Notes: generated from the letters alone by a model not told the origin. Positions 35,839 to 48,214 are shown, numbered from the stretch's first letter. The stretch: 64,000 nt of DNA from Blepharisma stoltei ATCC 30299 (GCA_965603825.1 CBFDEM010000012.1:784073-848072), one strand, 5' to 3'. Numbers and translations are program-made.

Positions 35839-37673
35839 TTGACCTGCTCTCCATTATTCTTCTAATTTTCTGTTTACATGAGTAAAGCACCATTTATGGA
35901 TTATTTGGCAATTCTTAGGAATAATATTCCATTTCTTCTTCCTAAAATTTTTTGGCAAATAAAAAAATGATTTTTATGCTGCTTCTCATTTCAGAATTTG
36001 CATGAAAATGTTAGCGATAAAATTTTAAGATTGAATTTAAATCTCAATTCAACCGCAATAGAAGTTTAGCTTATCAAAAAATTATATTAACTATGTCAAT
36101 AAAAGTAAAAAAATTAATAATAAATCATGTTTAGACTGATTCTGCTGATGCTGTTGAGTTTCGATATTTTAATGTCAACTTGAAAAATTCTTGCTTTAAT
36201 TTTCCAGCAAAAATATGCAAATAATCAAATTTTCAGGCAGCTTAACTCATAAAATGCTGCTAAAGCATCTTTCGGCTTAAGAATTTTATAATTATTTCAT
36301 ATCAATGCTTTTTGTCATAGATACTCTTGAAACTTTAATCTTCTTACCCTTTATATTTTAGATAAGCATAGCAATAGACTAATTCAAGATATGCAAAACA
36401 ATTAAAATTGTGGTGATTTCATAAATCTTAATGCAATGTTAGCCTAGCCTATCAAATTATATTAACGGTGACTAAAGATTCTTTGCATTAATAAATGATT
36501 TTATAATAAGATCAAATGATTACAATTCCATCATTAATTTGCTAGCTTTATTTTATTTTTATTTTTAAATATCAATCAAATACTTTCGTTTTGACTCAGC
36601 AGACTTTCAGACTATTCTTTATCTGGTCAACAGTTTCAATCAACTGCTTCAACTTGCAGCTGGAAATTCCAGAATTCCATTAGATTTGTAAAACTGCAAT
36701 TAACAACTAATGGAGCTATTTTGATCATCTTGTTGGATAAAAACGAGAGCCTTCTAACCCGGAAGCCTTATATAGGTTTTGCTGCAATCTCTAAAAAATG
36801 AAAATTTGTTTAAACTTGTAATAATAAATTTACCAATATTAATTTTGTGCATCATTTTACTAAAGCTATATTCAATTAAATCATTATTCCAATTTCTGGT
36901 AGTGAAATAATTAAAAACTTATTTTGAAATTATTACCGAAATTGCATCAATAATATTTCATAAAATATATTCTCTTTTTAAGAATATAAAGTAATGCTCT
37001 AGAAAATCAGGCTTAAAAACTTTCAAGTATATTATTTTCAGTTTAAAATGACGAGGTTTGAATCGCTTAATGATAAATAATTGCTCAAAAGGAAGAAATA
37101 TAAATTTTATTTTATATAATTTAAATTTTATATAAGAGTAAAGCAACGAGATTAGTAATATGCAAAATGGAATTTTGCTAATCTAAATTTTAGAGTTACA
37201 ATTCTCGAGATTTATAAGAAAGTATATTTTATAATAAAAAGAGATTAAACCTCACTGTAAAAATTATAAAGCGAAGGCTAAACTAATTTTTATTTGCAAA
37301 TTGGTATTCAAATAAATTTTCTCGTAATTTCTCACAAACCCTATTTAATTATAACAATTCATAACGATAAAAATCACCTATTGTATTTCAAAATAAGGAT
37401 TATGTTTCAGATAAACAATTTTGAATGAAGTTTGGATTCAATCTTTGGAAATTAACCTTCGAAATAAAGTAATAAATTTGATAGAATTTTTACTGAACTT
37501 CTTATCATAAATTACAGTGCGGAAGAACTAGTTCTTATTTTTAATTAGCAAAAAATTACAGAGGGATTAAAATGAAAATAATAAAAGTATAAATCGAAAA
37601 GGGCTAAATTTCATATTGGGTTAAATTAAATTAATCTAACTTTTAGGTTACAATTTCACTATTAACTTTATTA

Positions 37674-37927
37674 ATGGAAAATAGCCATAAAATGGAAAGC
37701 AATGCTAGAAGCTTTGAAAATCTAGATGAGAAATACAGATATACCTCTGTTGGTTGTCTAGTAGATTACCTCAAAGCCAATGGTTACACTCCAATAGAAG
37801 TCCTAATAGACTATGTTAGCTCTATAAGGCACTTGATGACCACTAGTAAGGGAAAGCCGTTCACCAAAAATGCCTTTGAAATCGTTGACTATGCCTTGAC
37901 TTGGTACCCTAACATATTTAAATTAGA
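37674..37927 (+). pseudogene. Winged-helix family copy E, truncated by MULE insertion
   Basis: Near-identical to 46888 up to ...TTTAAATTAGA (37927), then switches abruptly to unrelated sequence. Confidence 0.85.
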
Positions 37928-40201
37928 GGGTTGTCCTGAAAATACCCCTGGCCGCATCGCTTACACTGTACTTTATATCAATTAATTAGCAAATTAAGTT
38001 GTTTCTAATGAGACAGATGCTCTGGTAAATTGAGTGGCACTAAATAGGCTAGTTAAAAATCTGTTATTATAATATGCTCTGCAATATGCAATACTACAGT
38101 CTATACTGGTGCAAGGTGTTGCGCAGAATTTACTGCTGAAGTTTCGAGACATGATACACTAGTACAAGTTTTGATACAGAATGTGCTAGTAAAGTTTTGA
38201 GACATGATGCGTTAGTGCAAGATTTGATACAGAATTTGTAGTAAATGCAGGATATGTTGATTCATGATGCGTTGGTGCAAGGTTGCATAATGCCCTGGTA
38301 AATGCAGAATGTGCTAATAAAGTTTTAATACATGATGCGCTAGTGCAAGGTTTATACAAGAATACTCTAGTGAATACAGGTTGCGTTAGTACAACAGATA
38401 TGCAGGATGCTCTGGTACAGGATGTGTTGAATGTGAACAATAAGTGGTTTAAATTGTAAAGAAAAATAAAATAAATTTTCTTCTTGCTTCTTATGTTCAT
38501 AAAATATATAACAGCTGTTAAAGTATTTCTACCTGAATATAATAGGGTAGCTAATATATTTCTTACAAAATTTTCCAAAATACTGTTAGCAAACTATTGC
38601 TTCATCATTAAAGAGCCTATAATCCCTTTAAAATCTAATCTTAGTATTTATTTATTAATAAATATAAGGCTTATTAATGCTTGTAATGCTTTATCTGATA
38701 ACTCAGCTGAATTTTTCCTCGTCTTTAGGCTTTTTATTGGTGATGATACTTTCAATACATAAATTTATGATTTCTTTAACAAATAAAGATAAGAATATAA
38801 AATGACGGAATTGACTTCAGAAATTGCGCGAAAATTGGGTTTTAACATTCCAAGTCATGAAGGCGAAAATCTTAGTGATCAGTTAATAGAATTAGCTTCC
38901 AACGATGAGGTAATACTTCAATCTGTAGCAAAATGGTTCAAATTAGGACCTCTTAAAGTGTCCATGATAATCAGCGAATATAAAAAGTCAAAAAAAAGTA
39001 GAGATGAACGAGCTGTACAGCAAATTATGTCTGAAGCTGATGAAAATAATCTAGATTCAAGAAACAATTTTATGCCTGTGCATGATTTGGAAAATCCAGT
39101 AAATAATGAAGATGAGTCAGACAAAAACAATGAGTCACAAGAAAAAGCTTCAGAAAATTTAAGCAAAGTTAATTTACAGGTATCTCAAATATCTATTGCC
39201 AATCCGCAAATTAATTTAGAATCTGACAATAGACAAGCATTTGAACAGCAATTAGAGGCGCACAAAGAAGAAGAAAATATCACGGGTGCATTTAATGTTG
39301 GAGACAAGGTAAATTGCACAAATATAAAAGAATTTCATATTATTATAAAAAAGAAAGCTCTACAGGACGACAAAGCCAAAATTTATGTTAAAAGATCTGA
39401 TTCTGCAAAAAAGTTGATTCAGTTTGAGTGTTATTTTTCAAGTGAGCATGCTAATATTCTTTTTCCTTCTATTAAGCCTGAGTTGTTTTGCAAGTTCAAA
39501 ATGAGTTGAAAGTATACATTGGATTTATTAGAGTCATATACTTTTGAGTGCATACATGTTCATCAAAATCATAATCATAAAGGAATTCCGCAAGATCAGT
39601 GTGATAATTTAATTGAATGCGAAATATTGCCAAATAGCATCAAAGAACAAGTGATCCAATATTATATTGAAGGATTTACAATTAGGCAGATACAGTCTAT
39701 GCTAAGCGCAAATGATGATTTTAAGATATCAATAGAGAAATTATACAATGTTGTAGAATATTATGCAAAAACTCATTCGGAAAATTTCACCTTTGATAGA
39801 ATAATATCAAGCGAATGTCATCATACAAATGCAATAATTGAATTTGATAGAGCCTTAATGAGATTTTTTATTACAGATTTATCAAGAATAGAGATGTGAC
39901 AAAAATTACAAGATGTGATACTTATAGACAGTACATATAAGGTTCATGAAAGTTTTAGATCTGCAGTATTTATTTTAACTGTAGATCCATATGGATCTAA
40001 CTATGTGCTAGCAATGGCACTTACAAAAAAAGAAACTGAAAACGACTATTCATGAATATTTATGAACTTTCTAAAACATTTTCAGAGTCCACAAATAATT
40101 TTTGTGGATCGCAACCAAGCACAGTATAATGCTCTTAGTGATAAGTTTAGAAACTCAAAGATAATTTTTTGTTTATGGCATATTCAAAGGAATCTTATCA
40201 A
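37928..40201 (+). mobile_element. Mutator-like (MULE) DNA transposon, left end intact, 3' part deleted
   Basis: Begins GGGTTGTCCTGAAAATACCCC (MULE-type TIR start) exactly at the host breakpoint. Contains subterminal repeats and a transposase, and is absent from duplication copy 2. Confidence 0.85.
38100..38430. repeat. Degenerate ~26-27 bp tandem repeats within the MULE left arm
   Basis: Recurring CATGATGCG(T/C)TAGTGCAAG and GATACAGAATGTGCTAGTAAAGTTTT units. Confidence 0.7.
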
Positions 40202-40373
40202 GATATTACTTCTTCATGAAACAGAACATTGAATATCTGACTTCAACAGTCAGGCACTCAAACATTTCACTTATAATTATATCATCTTTGCACTTGCTTC
40301 AAAAAATCCAGCTTGAATTTCTCGAGCTAATTCTTCACATCTTGATTTTTTTACGACTTTATCTTTCCTATAA
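38802..40373 (+). CDS. MULE transposase, C-terminally truncated and reading through into host DNA
   Basis: With TGA=Trp: WRKY/FAR1-like FECYF...CKF...HNH, then LIDSTYKV, LAMALTKKETENDYSWIF, IIFVDRNQAQYNAL and FCLWHIQRNL (first two catalytic Asp plus CxxH). The catalytic Glu region is absent; TAA 40371-40373. Confidence 0.88.
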
Positions 40374-40400
40374 CATTTAACTAACAAGTTGCCATTATCT
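40230..40400 (-). pseudogene. Rab-like relic (C-terminal part)
   Basis: KDKVVKKSR.EELAREIQAGFFEASAK resembles the neighbouring Rab, but is frameshifted. Confidence 0.65.
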
Positions 40401-40920
40401 ATGTAAGCTGCTGAAGCCGCTGGCCAGCTTCATTGGTCGGATTTTTCTTTTCCTTCTCTTTTTACTCTTATTCCTATCCTTCCTGCAGGTTTTCTTCTTA
40501 TTTCATTTGCACTTCTTCAATTTTTCACCCTTTTGCAGTTCTTGCAGCAATTATTTGTGAGTATTTTTGGCAGGTCTTTTGATTGATTTTTTGGTTGTCT
40601 TTTAATAGGACTTTTTGTAAGCCTTTTTGTTGGGTTTGGTAAGTCTTTTGGTTTGTCTTTTGGGGTTTTTCTCTACATTTCCTCCTCTGTAAGTCCTTTT
40701 CGCTTTTTACACCTTTCGAAATCTATTTAATGCATTTCTTATTAGTTCCTTTCAAAAAAATTATGGCTGAGCAAATAAAGCCACAAGGAAAAAGTTGAAT
40801 TTACTATAAAATATTATCAATGTCTCATATCACTCTTGTATTGATATAAATCGTAGCCATGACTATCTTTAAAAAACAGAGCTAATCTAATATAATTAAT
40901 ATTTTTAGCTTATCGACTTT

Positions 40921-41517
40921 TTATTGAATACAAACTTCTTTTCTTTCTTTCACTTTGATCTTTGGTATTAAACTCTCAGCGTTATTTCCAATTAAATGTA
41001 CTCAGTTTTTGATTTCAAGACTCAAGTATTCAAACACTTCGTTCACATTTATATCCTCTTTTGCACTTGTCTCAAAAAATCCAGCTTGTATTCCTTGAGC
41101 AAACTCCTTACCCCTTGATTTTTCCACAACTTTATCTTCCCTATCACATTTATTCCCGACTACAACTTTTACGATATTTTCATAGGCACATTGATTAACA
41201 ATATTGCCTATATTTTTAGCGCATATGAAAGATTGTTCAGATCTGCAGTCATATGCCAAAATAATCCCTTGTGCAAACCTAAAATATGTTTTGAAATTAT
41301 TGCTGAACCTTGGGTTCCCAACTGTATCTCAAATCTGGAACTTAATTCTCTCATTATCACACTCAATTGTTTTTATTCTGAAGTCTATAGCGCAGAACAT
41401 TGACTCTTCGAACATTTGGTCAGCATATCTAATCATCAGAGAAGTTTTGCCAACTCCTGAACCTCCAAGTATAACTACTTTAAAGGTATAATCGAATTCA
41501 TTATCAATTGAAGCCAT
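40921..41517 (-). CDS. Divergent Rab1-like small GTPase, copy 1 (possibly decaying)
   Basis: GGSGVGKTS, QI-W(TGA)-DTVGNPRF, VGNKCD, FFETSAK; reads through TGA 41002 to TAA 40921. Switch I has a 6-nt deletion relative to copy 2. Confidence 0.85.
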
Positions 41518-42499
41518 TTTATTGTAAATAGTTAAATTGTTTTAGCTTCGGGTCTTTGGAATTAATTAAAGCAAAGTATAAGACTTCATATGTTATTTAA
41601 AAGACTTTAAATGAATTAGCTACTGCAATTGAAGGGATAAATTTTTTACGCACTATGCATTAGTTTTGCTTCTTGCTCAAAATTTCAATATTTTTTAATT
41701 ATTTTACTTCTAATGATTAGATTTGATTCCAATTTTGTATAGGCTTGAGATTATCTTCTGAAAAACTACTTAATTTTGGCTGATCAGAATCAAACCTTTT
41801 CAGATAAATTCCTTTTTTGAATTATAATAAATTTGATTTGTAAATTTTTTCCTTAGACTTTTCTTTTTAAACTCAAAGCGATAAGTTTTATACATCTATT
41901 TTAGGTGCATTCAGAAATGAAAATCACAGAAATGTATATTTATATTTAAACTTAAGCTCTAGTCGATAGCAGCATTTCTATCTTTTTCTCAGTCAAATAA
42001 ATACTCCAACGCTTAACCACTGCAAATCACTCCATATCACAGCATTCAAATTCCATCAGAATCCCATGTGCATCCACACTGTTGAAAATTTTGGCTGTGA
42101 ATTGCATAACCTACTTGCGAGTCTTAGACAGACCATCAAAAACCAAAAATTTGTTTGAGACTCACTGGATCTCCAGCTTTCCTCGTTCCACAATGTATAA
42201 AAATTCCATGCGTGATTTCCATGCAATTGCAGCTCCATCTGAATATTTTTAGTTTTCTTTTATTCATCAACAGATTTTAAGCAGAGGAAATCATTTTTCA
42301 AACTCCTCCACATCAATTGCGTATCATTTATTCAAAAATCTCGCAGGATAACCCTTCCTAATTTGGCCCGAAAATCCATTATATAATCAAAGAGTATAAA
42401 ACAAAAAATTAAGCTCCAGAATCATAACACTTGCATAAATGATTGACTTCAACACAGACTACTTGAGGCAGATTTAATTTAATTGCGTTAATAGACTTA

Positions 42500-43988
42500 A
42501 ATTTTAAATTAAATATCTTTATTAAAATTATCCCAGCGTACTTTCTTCATAACCTTTTTATCTAAATCAAACTTTCAATATTCTTATCATAACTTCCTAG
42601 AATATATATTCCTCCTTTATTATATGTGCAGATATGTTAAAAGGAAAAATAATCAAGGCTTGATTTCCTATTTTTTTCCAAGTGTACTCATCTCCAATTT
42701 CACTTTCATAGATATAATCAAGTTCGAACTCAATCACATACAATCTCTCTGCATTTATCAGATACTTTCTAGTATCAATTGCAAAATAATGAGGAATTGT
42801 CGAGAAAGAGTCCAGATCTACAGAATATACCAAAATGTGTCTATCGCACATTCCAGTAAGAATATTCCCATTAAATACTGTACTTTGACAATCGAAATCA
42901 GCTTCTGATAATGGAACTAGTTTAATTCATTGGTTTTTATACAAATCAAATCTGCTTGATAGAGTCAACCAATTGAAATCATCCCTCCCTCCAAAACAGT
43001 AAACATTTCTATTGAAAAATATATCTGAAAAGGTCTGCTAACCCATAAATGGACAGCAATTATAGGCTAGGAGCCTTAATCTTCTTTCAGGATTTATTTA
43101 ACCTCATGCAAAAAGTGGAGCTCGGAATTAGAAAGGGGAAGCAGAGTACATATTGCTTGATTTTTATCTACCAGTACGATCACTTAGATAATCAGGCAAC
43201 TCTCCTGGTGAAACTGGAAAGTACGTTCAAGACATAGAGACGAGAAAATCCATTTTTGTAGAAGCTGAAAGCCAGCTGTCAAAATCGGAAATATCCAAAG
43301 CCAAGGAACCATTCAGGGACTAAGCCATGGCTAATTTGAAAACCCGAAGGAGGGGCGCAGGCTCATGCGGATCATGCATAGTGATGCTAAAGGGAGGGAG
43401 ATTTTTAACTAAGTTGATTGAATAGTCTCAATAGTTATAAAATATGAATCATTTTATTTTAATTCCTAATTAACGAGAGTATAGCAGAAGAACCGTGGCA
43501 AGGAGTTCCAGATGGAAGTTCTCTGATTTTAAAATTTCAATCAATTATCAATGCAAGTCCTGATGTTGGGTTATCATTGCCAAAGCTTAATAGCTCACCA
43601 TTTGGAAGTCGAGCAATGCACGTGCTGAAGTTCAAAGGCTCTGGAGTTTCCAATACTTTCACATACTCATTTTCACTTTCAGTGCCGTAAATATGGAATT
43701 TAGTTCTTTTATACATATACTCAAATAATAAAGAGATGTGATCTTACTATATACGCTGATATAGCTCTAATAAGCTTTTTTTAGTGCTGGATCTGAAATT
43801 GATTACTTACTCTTATACGATGAGCTAATTTTCCTGAAATCTTGCTTTGTTTCGAGGTTGCTGGTTTGATTTAAAATCGCAGATATTTTAACAGATTGCT
43901 CTTGAGCACTTAATTGATTATTTAGAGTGGCCTAATTGAATTCCTTTTGGCTACTTTTTAATTTTTTAGTTATTAGCTTACTCGCCAT
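42500..43988 (-). pseudogene. Kelch-like family pseudogene (homolog of 6802-7713) split by a 460-bp insert
   Basis: CIARLPNGELLSFGNDNPTSGLALIID...LPSGTPCHGSSAI|FFNRNVYCFGG; several stops in the 5' part. The 3' end is approximate. Confidence 0.8.
43020..43483. other. TATA-flanked 460-bp insertion (IES-like or TA-targeted element)
   Basis: TATA at 43020-43023 and at 43480-43483. Excision leaving one copy gives TCT GCT ATA TTT TTC (SAIFF) in frame. Confidence 0.7.
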
Positions 43989-44001
43989 TTTAATGTATAT
44001 A

Positions 44002-44109
44002 TCGAAGCTGGAGGAAATACTAGATTTAGGCGACAGCAAAAGCCTGAAGATTAAAGAGTTCATAGAAGCCAAATATAAGGATTATCTCAATAATTTGCCT
44101 AAAGAGTAA
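44002..44109 (+). pseudogene. 3' fragment of winged-helix copy C carried by the duplication
   Basis: SKLEEILDLGDSKSLKIKEFIEAKYKDYLNNLPKE* with no 5' part. Confidence 0.85.
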
Positions 44110-44399
44110 TTATAATAATGCTTGATAATTTTCTTAAGGACTGGAAAATATAACGCTTCTCAAAATTCTGAGTGATTATTCTACCATTTTAAAAAATTTA
44201 TGGAATAATCCAACAATAAAATGTTTTAGGTTAAAAAGCAGCTTTTTATCTAAGCAAATGGAAATCGGAATTATTAATTTTATATTGATAGAAATAATTG
44301 AGCTTCTCTCGGAACAAAATTTTTTTAATTTCTTCCTATTGAGATGTATTTTAGTCAGAATTTTATCCATTTTAGCAGGTGAATAATAAATATATTAAT

Positions 44400-44951
44400 A
44401 TGAATTCTGATTCCTCAGATTCAGCCTACTCCCAGGGCTGTGTCCTACTAGAGGGTTCCTACTATGACCCAATTGGAAAATTCAATTTGACTGCGGAAGG
44501 CTGCTTAATTGAATTTTTAAAGAGTCAAGAACCTTCAACCTTATTTAATATGGAACAACACGTGTCCTCTCGTATAGAATTATTACGAGACCCAAAAGGG
44601 AAAAAATACGTGCAAAGCCCAGAGCAGCTCACTAGATCAACCTTAATCAGAAATAAGCAAATTTTCCAAATGAATCAATATGAGAATTGGACCTTGATTG
44701 TAAATCATAATTAGGAACAAAATTTGGAAAGCTTTGTAAATAAACAAATTCGTATTATCTTAAAATACGCTAAGAAAAATTTGGAGAAAAATAAGGATTT
44801 AAGTGAGATTGAGAAAGATGGTGAAAATTTAGACATATTCAGATGCCTACTTGAGATCGATGAAATCTCAGCTTCTGGAAATGATGAAAGCCAAAATCTC
44901 AAAAGACTAATTGATGAAGCATATCAGACTCTATTTATAGAGCGTAAATAA
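44400..44951 (+). CDS. Winged-helix family copy D'
   Basis: Near-identical to 35287-35838; 15-nt intron at 44700-44714. Confidence 0.85.
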
Positions 44952-46887
44952 TTGATTTGCTCTCCATTGTTCTTCTAATTTCTGTTTACATGAGTAAAGC
45001 ACCATTCATGATTTTTTGGCAACTCTTAGTAATAATATTCCATTTCTTCTGCCTAAAAGTTTTTTTGCAAATAAAGAAGTGATTTTTATCCTACTTCTCA
45101 TTTTAAAATTTGCATTAAACATTAGCAATAAAATTTTAAGATTGAATTTAAATCCCAATTCGATCGCAATAGAAGTTTAACTTATCAAAAAATTATATTA
45201 ATTATGCAGATAAAAGTAAGCAGCAGTAGTTAAAGTAAGAAGTTAAAAATTAATAATAATAATAATAATGTTTAGACTGAATTCTGCTTGATGCTGTTGA
45301 GTTATAAAATCATTTTGATATTTTAATGGCAACTTTAGAATTTGAAAAGTGCTTGCTTTAATTTTTTCAGCAAAAATATGCAAAAATTCAATTTTCAGGT
45401 AGCTTTGATCATAAAATCCTGATGTTAGATCATTTTTGGCTTAATAAATTTATAGTTACTTCTGCTATCCCAATGCTTTTTTGTTATAGATGTTCTTGAA
45501 ACTTTAATCTTCTTACCATTTATATTTTAGATAAGCATAGCAATAGAGAAACATTATTTAAAACTTCTGATTCAAGATATGCAAAACAATTATGGTGATA
45601 TCATAAATTTTAATTCATTTTTACCCTTCAAATTATTAACGTGACTAATCTACTAATCATCAATCAATTAAATTAAAAATTGTCAAATAAAGGCTCTTTG
45701 CGTTAATAAATGATTTTTACAATAAGATCAAATTATTACAACTCCATCATTAATTTGTTAGCATTATTTTATTTTTATTTTTCGACTCAGCAGACTTTCA
45801 GAATATATTTTTATCTGATTAACAGCTTCAATCAACTACTTCGACTTGTAACTGGAAATTCCAGTTTTTCATTAGTTTTGTAATACTACTGGCGCGGCTT
45901 TATTCAACTTATTGGATGCAAACAAGAGCCTATTAACCCTAGAAGCTTGGAAGTCTTATATTCCAGTCTGTAAAAATTGATAATTTGTTTAAACCTTGCA
46001 ATAATAAATTTTACCAATATTAATTATTCCAATTTCCTGATAGCAAGAATAATTAAAAACTCATTTTATAATAATTTTATACAATAGATTCTCTCTTTGA
46101 CAGCATCAACTAATACCTTAGAAAATCAGACTAAAAGCTTTTAAGTGTGTCATTTTCAGTTTAAATTGACGAAGTTTGAGTCGTTTAATGATAAATAAAT
46201 TCTCAAAAAGAAGAAATATAAATTTTATTTTTAAATAATATAATTTTTACATGAGAGTAAAGCAATTTGATAGATTAATAATAAGGAAATGACATTTTGC
46301 TAATATAAATTTTAGAGTTACAATTCTCGCCATGTATAAGAAAGTATGCTTTATAATAAGAATAGACTAAACCTCAGTGTAAAAATTGAAAAGCAAAGGC
46401 TAAACTAATTCTTTTTGCAATTTTATGAATTTAAATGATTTTTTTGCATTTTAATGTATAAAAACTTTTCTATGCCAAATTAAATAAAAATTGGTATTCA
46501 AATAAAATTTCCAGATAATTTCTCAAACCCTATTTTATTATAACAATTCATAGTGATAAAAATCAAGCTAAGCCCAGATTTATAATGGCTAATTGTATTT
46601 CAAAATAAGGATTATATGTTTCAGATAAACAATTTTCAATGAAGTTTTGATTCAATCTTTGGAATTTAACCTTCGAAATAAAGTAATAAATTTGATAATA
46701 TTTTTACTGAATTTCTTATCATAAATTAAATTGTCAAAGAAGTAATTCTTATTTTTAATCAGCAAAAATTAATAGTGGGATTAAATTGAAAATAATAAAA
46801 CTATAAATCGATTAAGGTTAAATTTCATATTGGGTTAAATTAAATTAATCTAACTTTTAGGTTACAATTTCATTATTAGCTTTATAA

Positions 46888-47457
46888 ATGGAAAATAGCC
46901 ATAAAATGGAAAGCAATGCAAGTAGCTTTGAAAATTTAGATGAGAAATACAGATATACCTCTGTTGGTTGTCTAGTAGACTACCTCAAAGCCAATGGCCA
47001 CACTCCAATAGAAGTCCTAATAGACTATGTTAGCTCTATAAGGCACTTGATGACCACTAGTGAGGGAAAGCCGTTCACCAAAAATGCCTTTGAAATCGTT
47101 GACTTTGCCTTGAAATGGTATCCTAAAATATTTAAATTAGATGGTCAATTCAACTACTACTTAAACGTAAAAATAATTTAGGAAGAAGAAGCCATAAAGC
47201 ATAAAAATCATTTCAAAACTGAAAAGTCCAGACGCACAAACCATTATAGGAAACGAGCAGAAATTATAAAAGAGAAGAGAAGGATGAAACGCATTAAAAA
47301 TCAAATAGAAAGCGATTTAAACGGATCACCTCAAAACTACTCGGTCATGACTAAAGCTTACTTGATGCTTTCTTCGGAAAATAAGGAAAGAGCAGATAAT
47401 CTTAAGAAGATTATTGGAGAGGCTTATACCGCATTCATAAATAAGGCTTTAAGCTAA
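46888..47457 (+). CDS. Winged-helix family copy E' (intact)
   Basis: KYRYTSVGCLVDYLKANG...; 15-nt intron at 47167-47181. Exon 2 reads EEEAIKHKNHFK...LKKIIGEAYTAFINKALS-TAA 47455-47457. Confidence 0.85.
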
Positions 47458-48214
47458 TTTATTTATTAATAAAATAGGTGAATATGAAAATGATGGGCAT
47501 CAAGAAAAACTTGCAAACTCTTTATTTTTGCTGGCGATATATGAAGTTAATTAAAATGAACATGTAAAGCCGTTATAAATTTTATCTTCTAAGCTATAAA
47601 ATTCTTTAAGTAGTTGGGTTTGGATTTAAATTTATTCCTATTTGTGAATCAAAAATAAAAATCATTATCAAAAATTCTCAGAATTATATTTGCATAGTTT
47701 GTAAAATGAATAAGTTCGAAAAGATAATTCTAGCAATAATTAAAATTTTAACCTTGAAGAAAGCTAAAACAGAGAAATTTCAGCAATTAAAATCAATATA
47801 ATTTAAAAAGATAAGATGTTAATTTCGAATAAAAAGGAAAAATTTTAAGCGTTATAAATTTTTGCTTTATGAAGAAAAATTGAAGATTAGACGAAAATAA
47901 GAGAGAGTCTTCTAAATTAAAACAAAAAGAAATAATTTCGAGGAAGAATTTCAATTTAAATGAATTAATAATTTGACAAGTTTGTTAGGCACAAGAACAA
48001 ATTTTTATAATATCACTATATTTTTGATCTAAAAGGGCTATTCTTTTATAGCAGATAATTCTTGCAACATTCTTTATAAATGCTTTATAAAAAATTACTT
48101 TTGAAATTAATCAGATGCTAGCCCTGAATTTTTGAATATTGATATTATTATAAAATAGTTTTAAGAATCAAAGTTGCATTGTCTCTTTCTTTTTACGAGT
48201 TTTGTATATTAAAT

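Larger units (their letters stand above)
34899..41825 (+). repeat. Segmental duplication, copy 1 (partner 44002-50013)
   Basis: Colinear homology starts at TCGAA(A/G)CTGGAGGAAATACTAGATTTAGG and ends at CCTTTTTTGAATTA. It covers genes and intergenic DNA and is interrupted by the MULE at 37928-40201. Confidence 0.92.

Noticed and set aside
36570-36800. GC-richer patch (also at ~45780-45960) as an ncRNA or gene
   Set aside because: No open frame or recognisable RNA structure, and the two copies differ by many indels.
41950-42480. Possible cyclic-nucleotide-binding domain relic (FLYIVERGKLEI) on the minus strand
   Set aside because: Only one short motif among stops; too weak to call.
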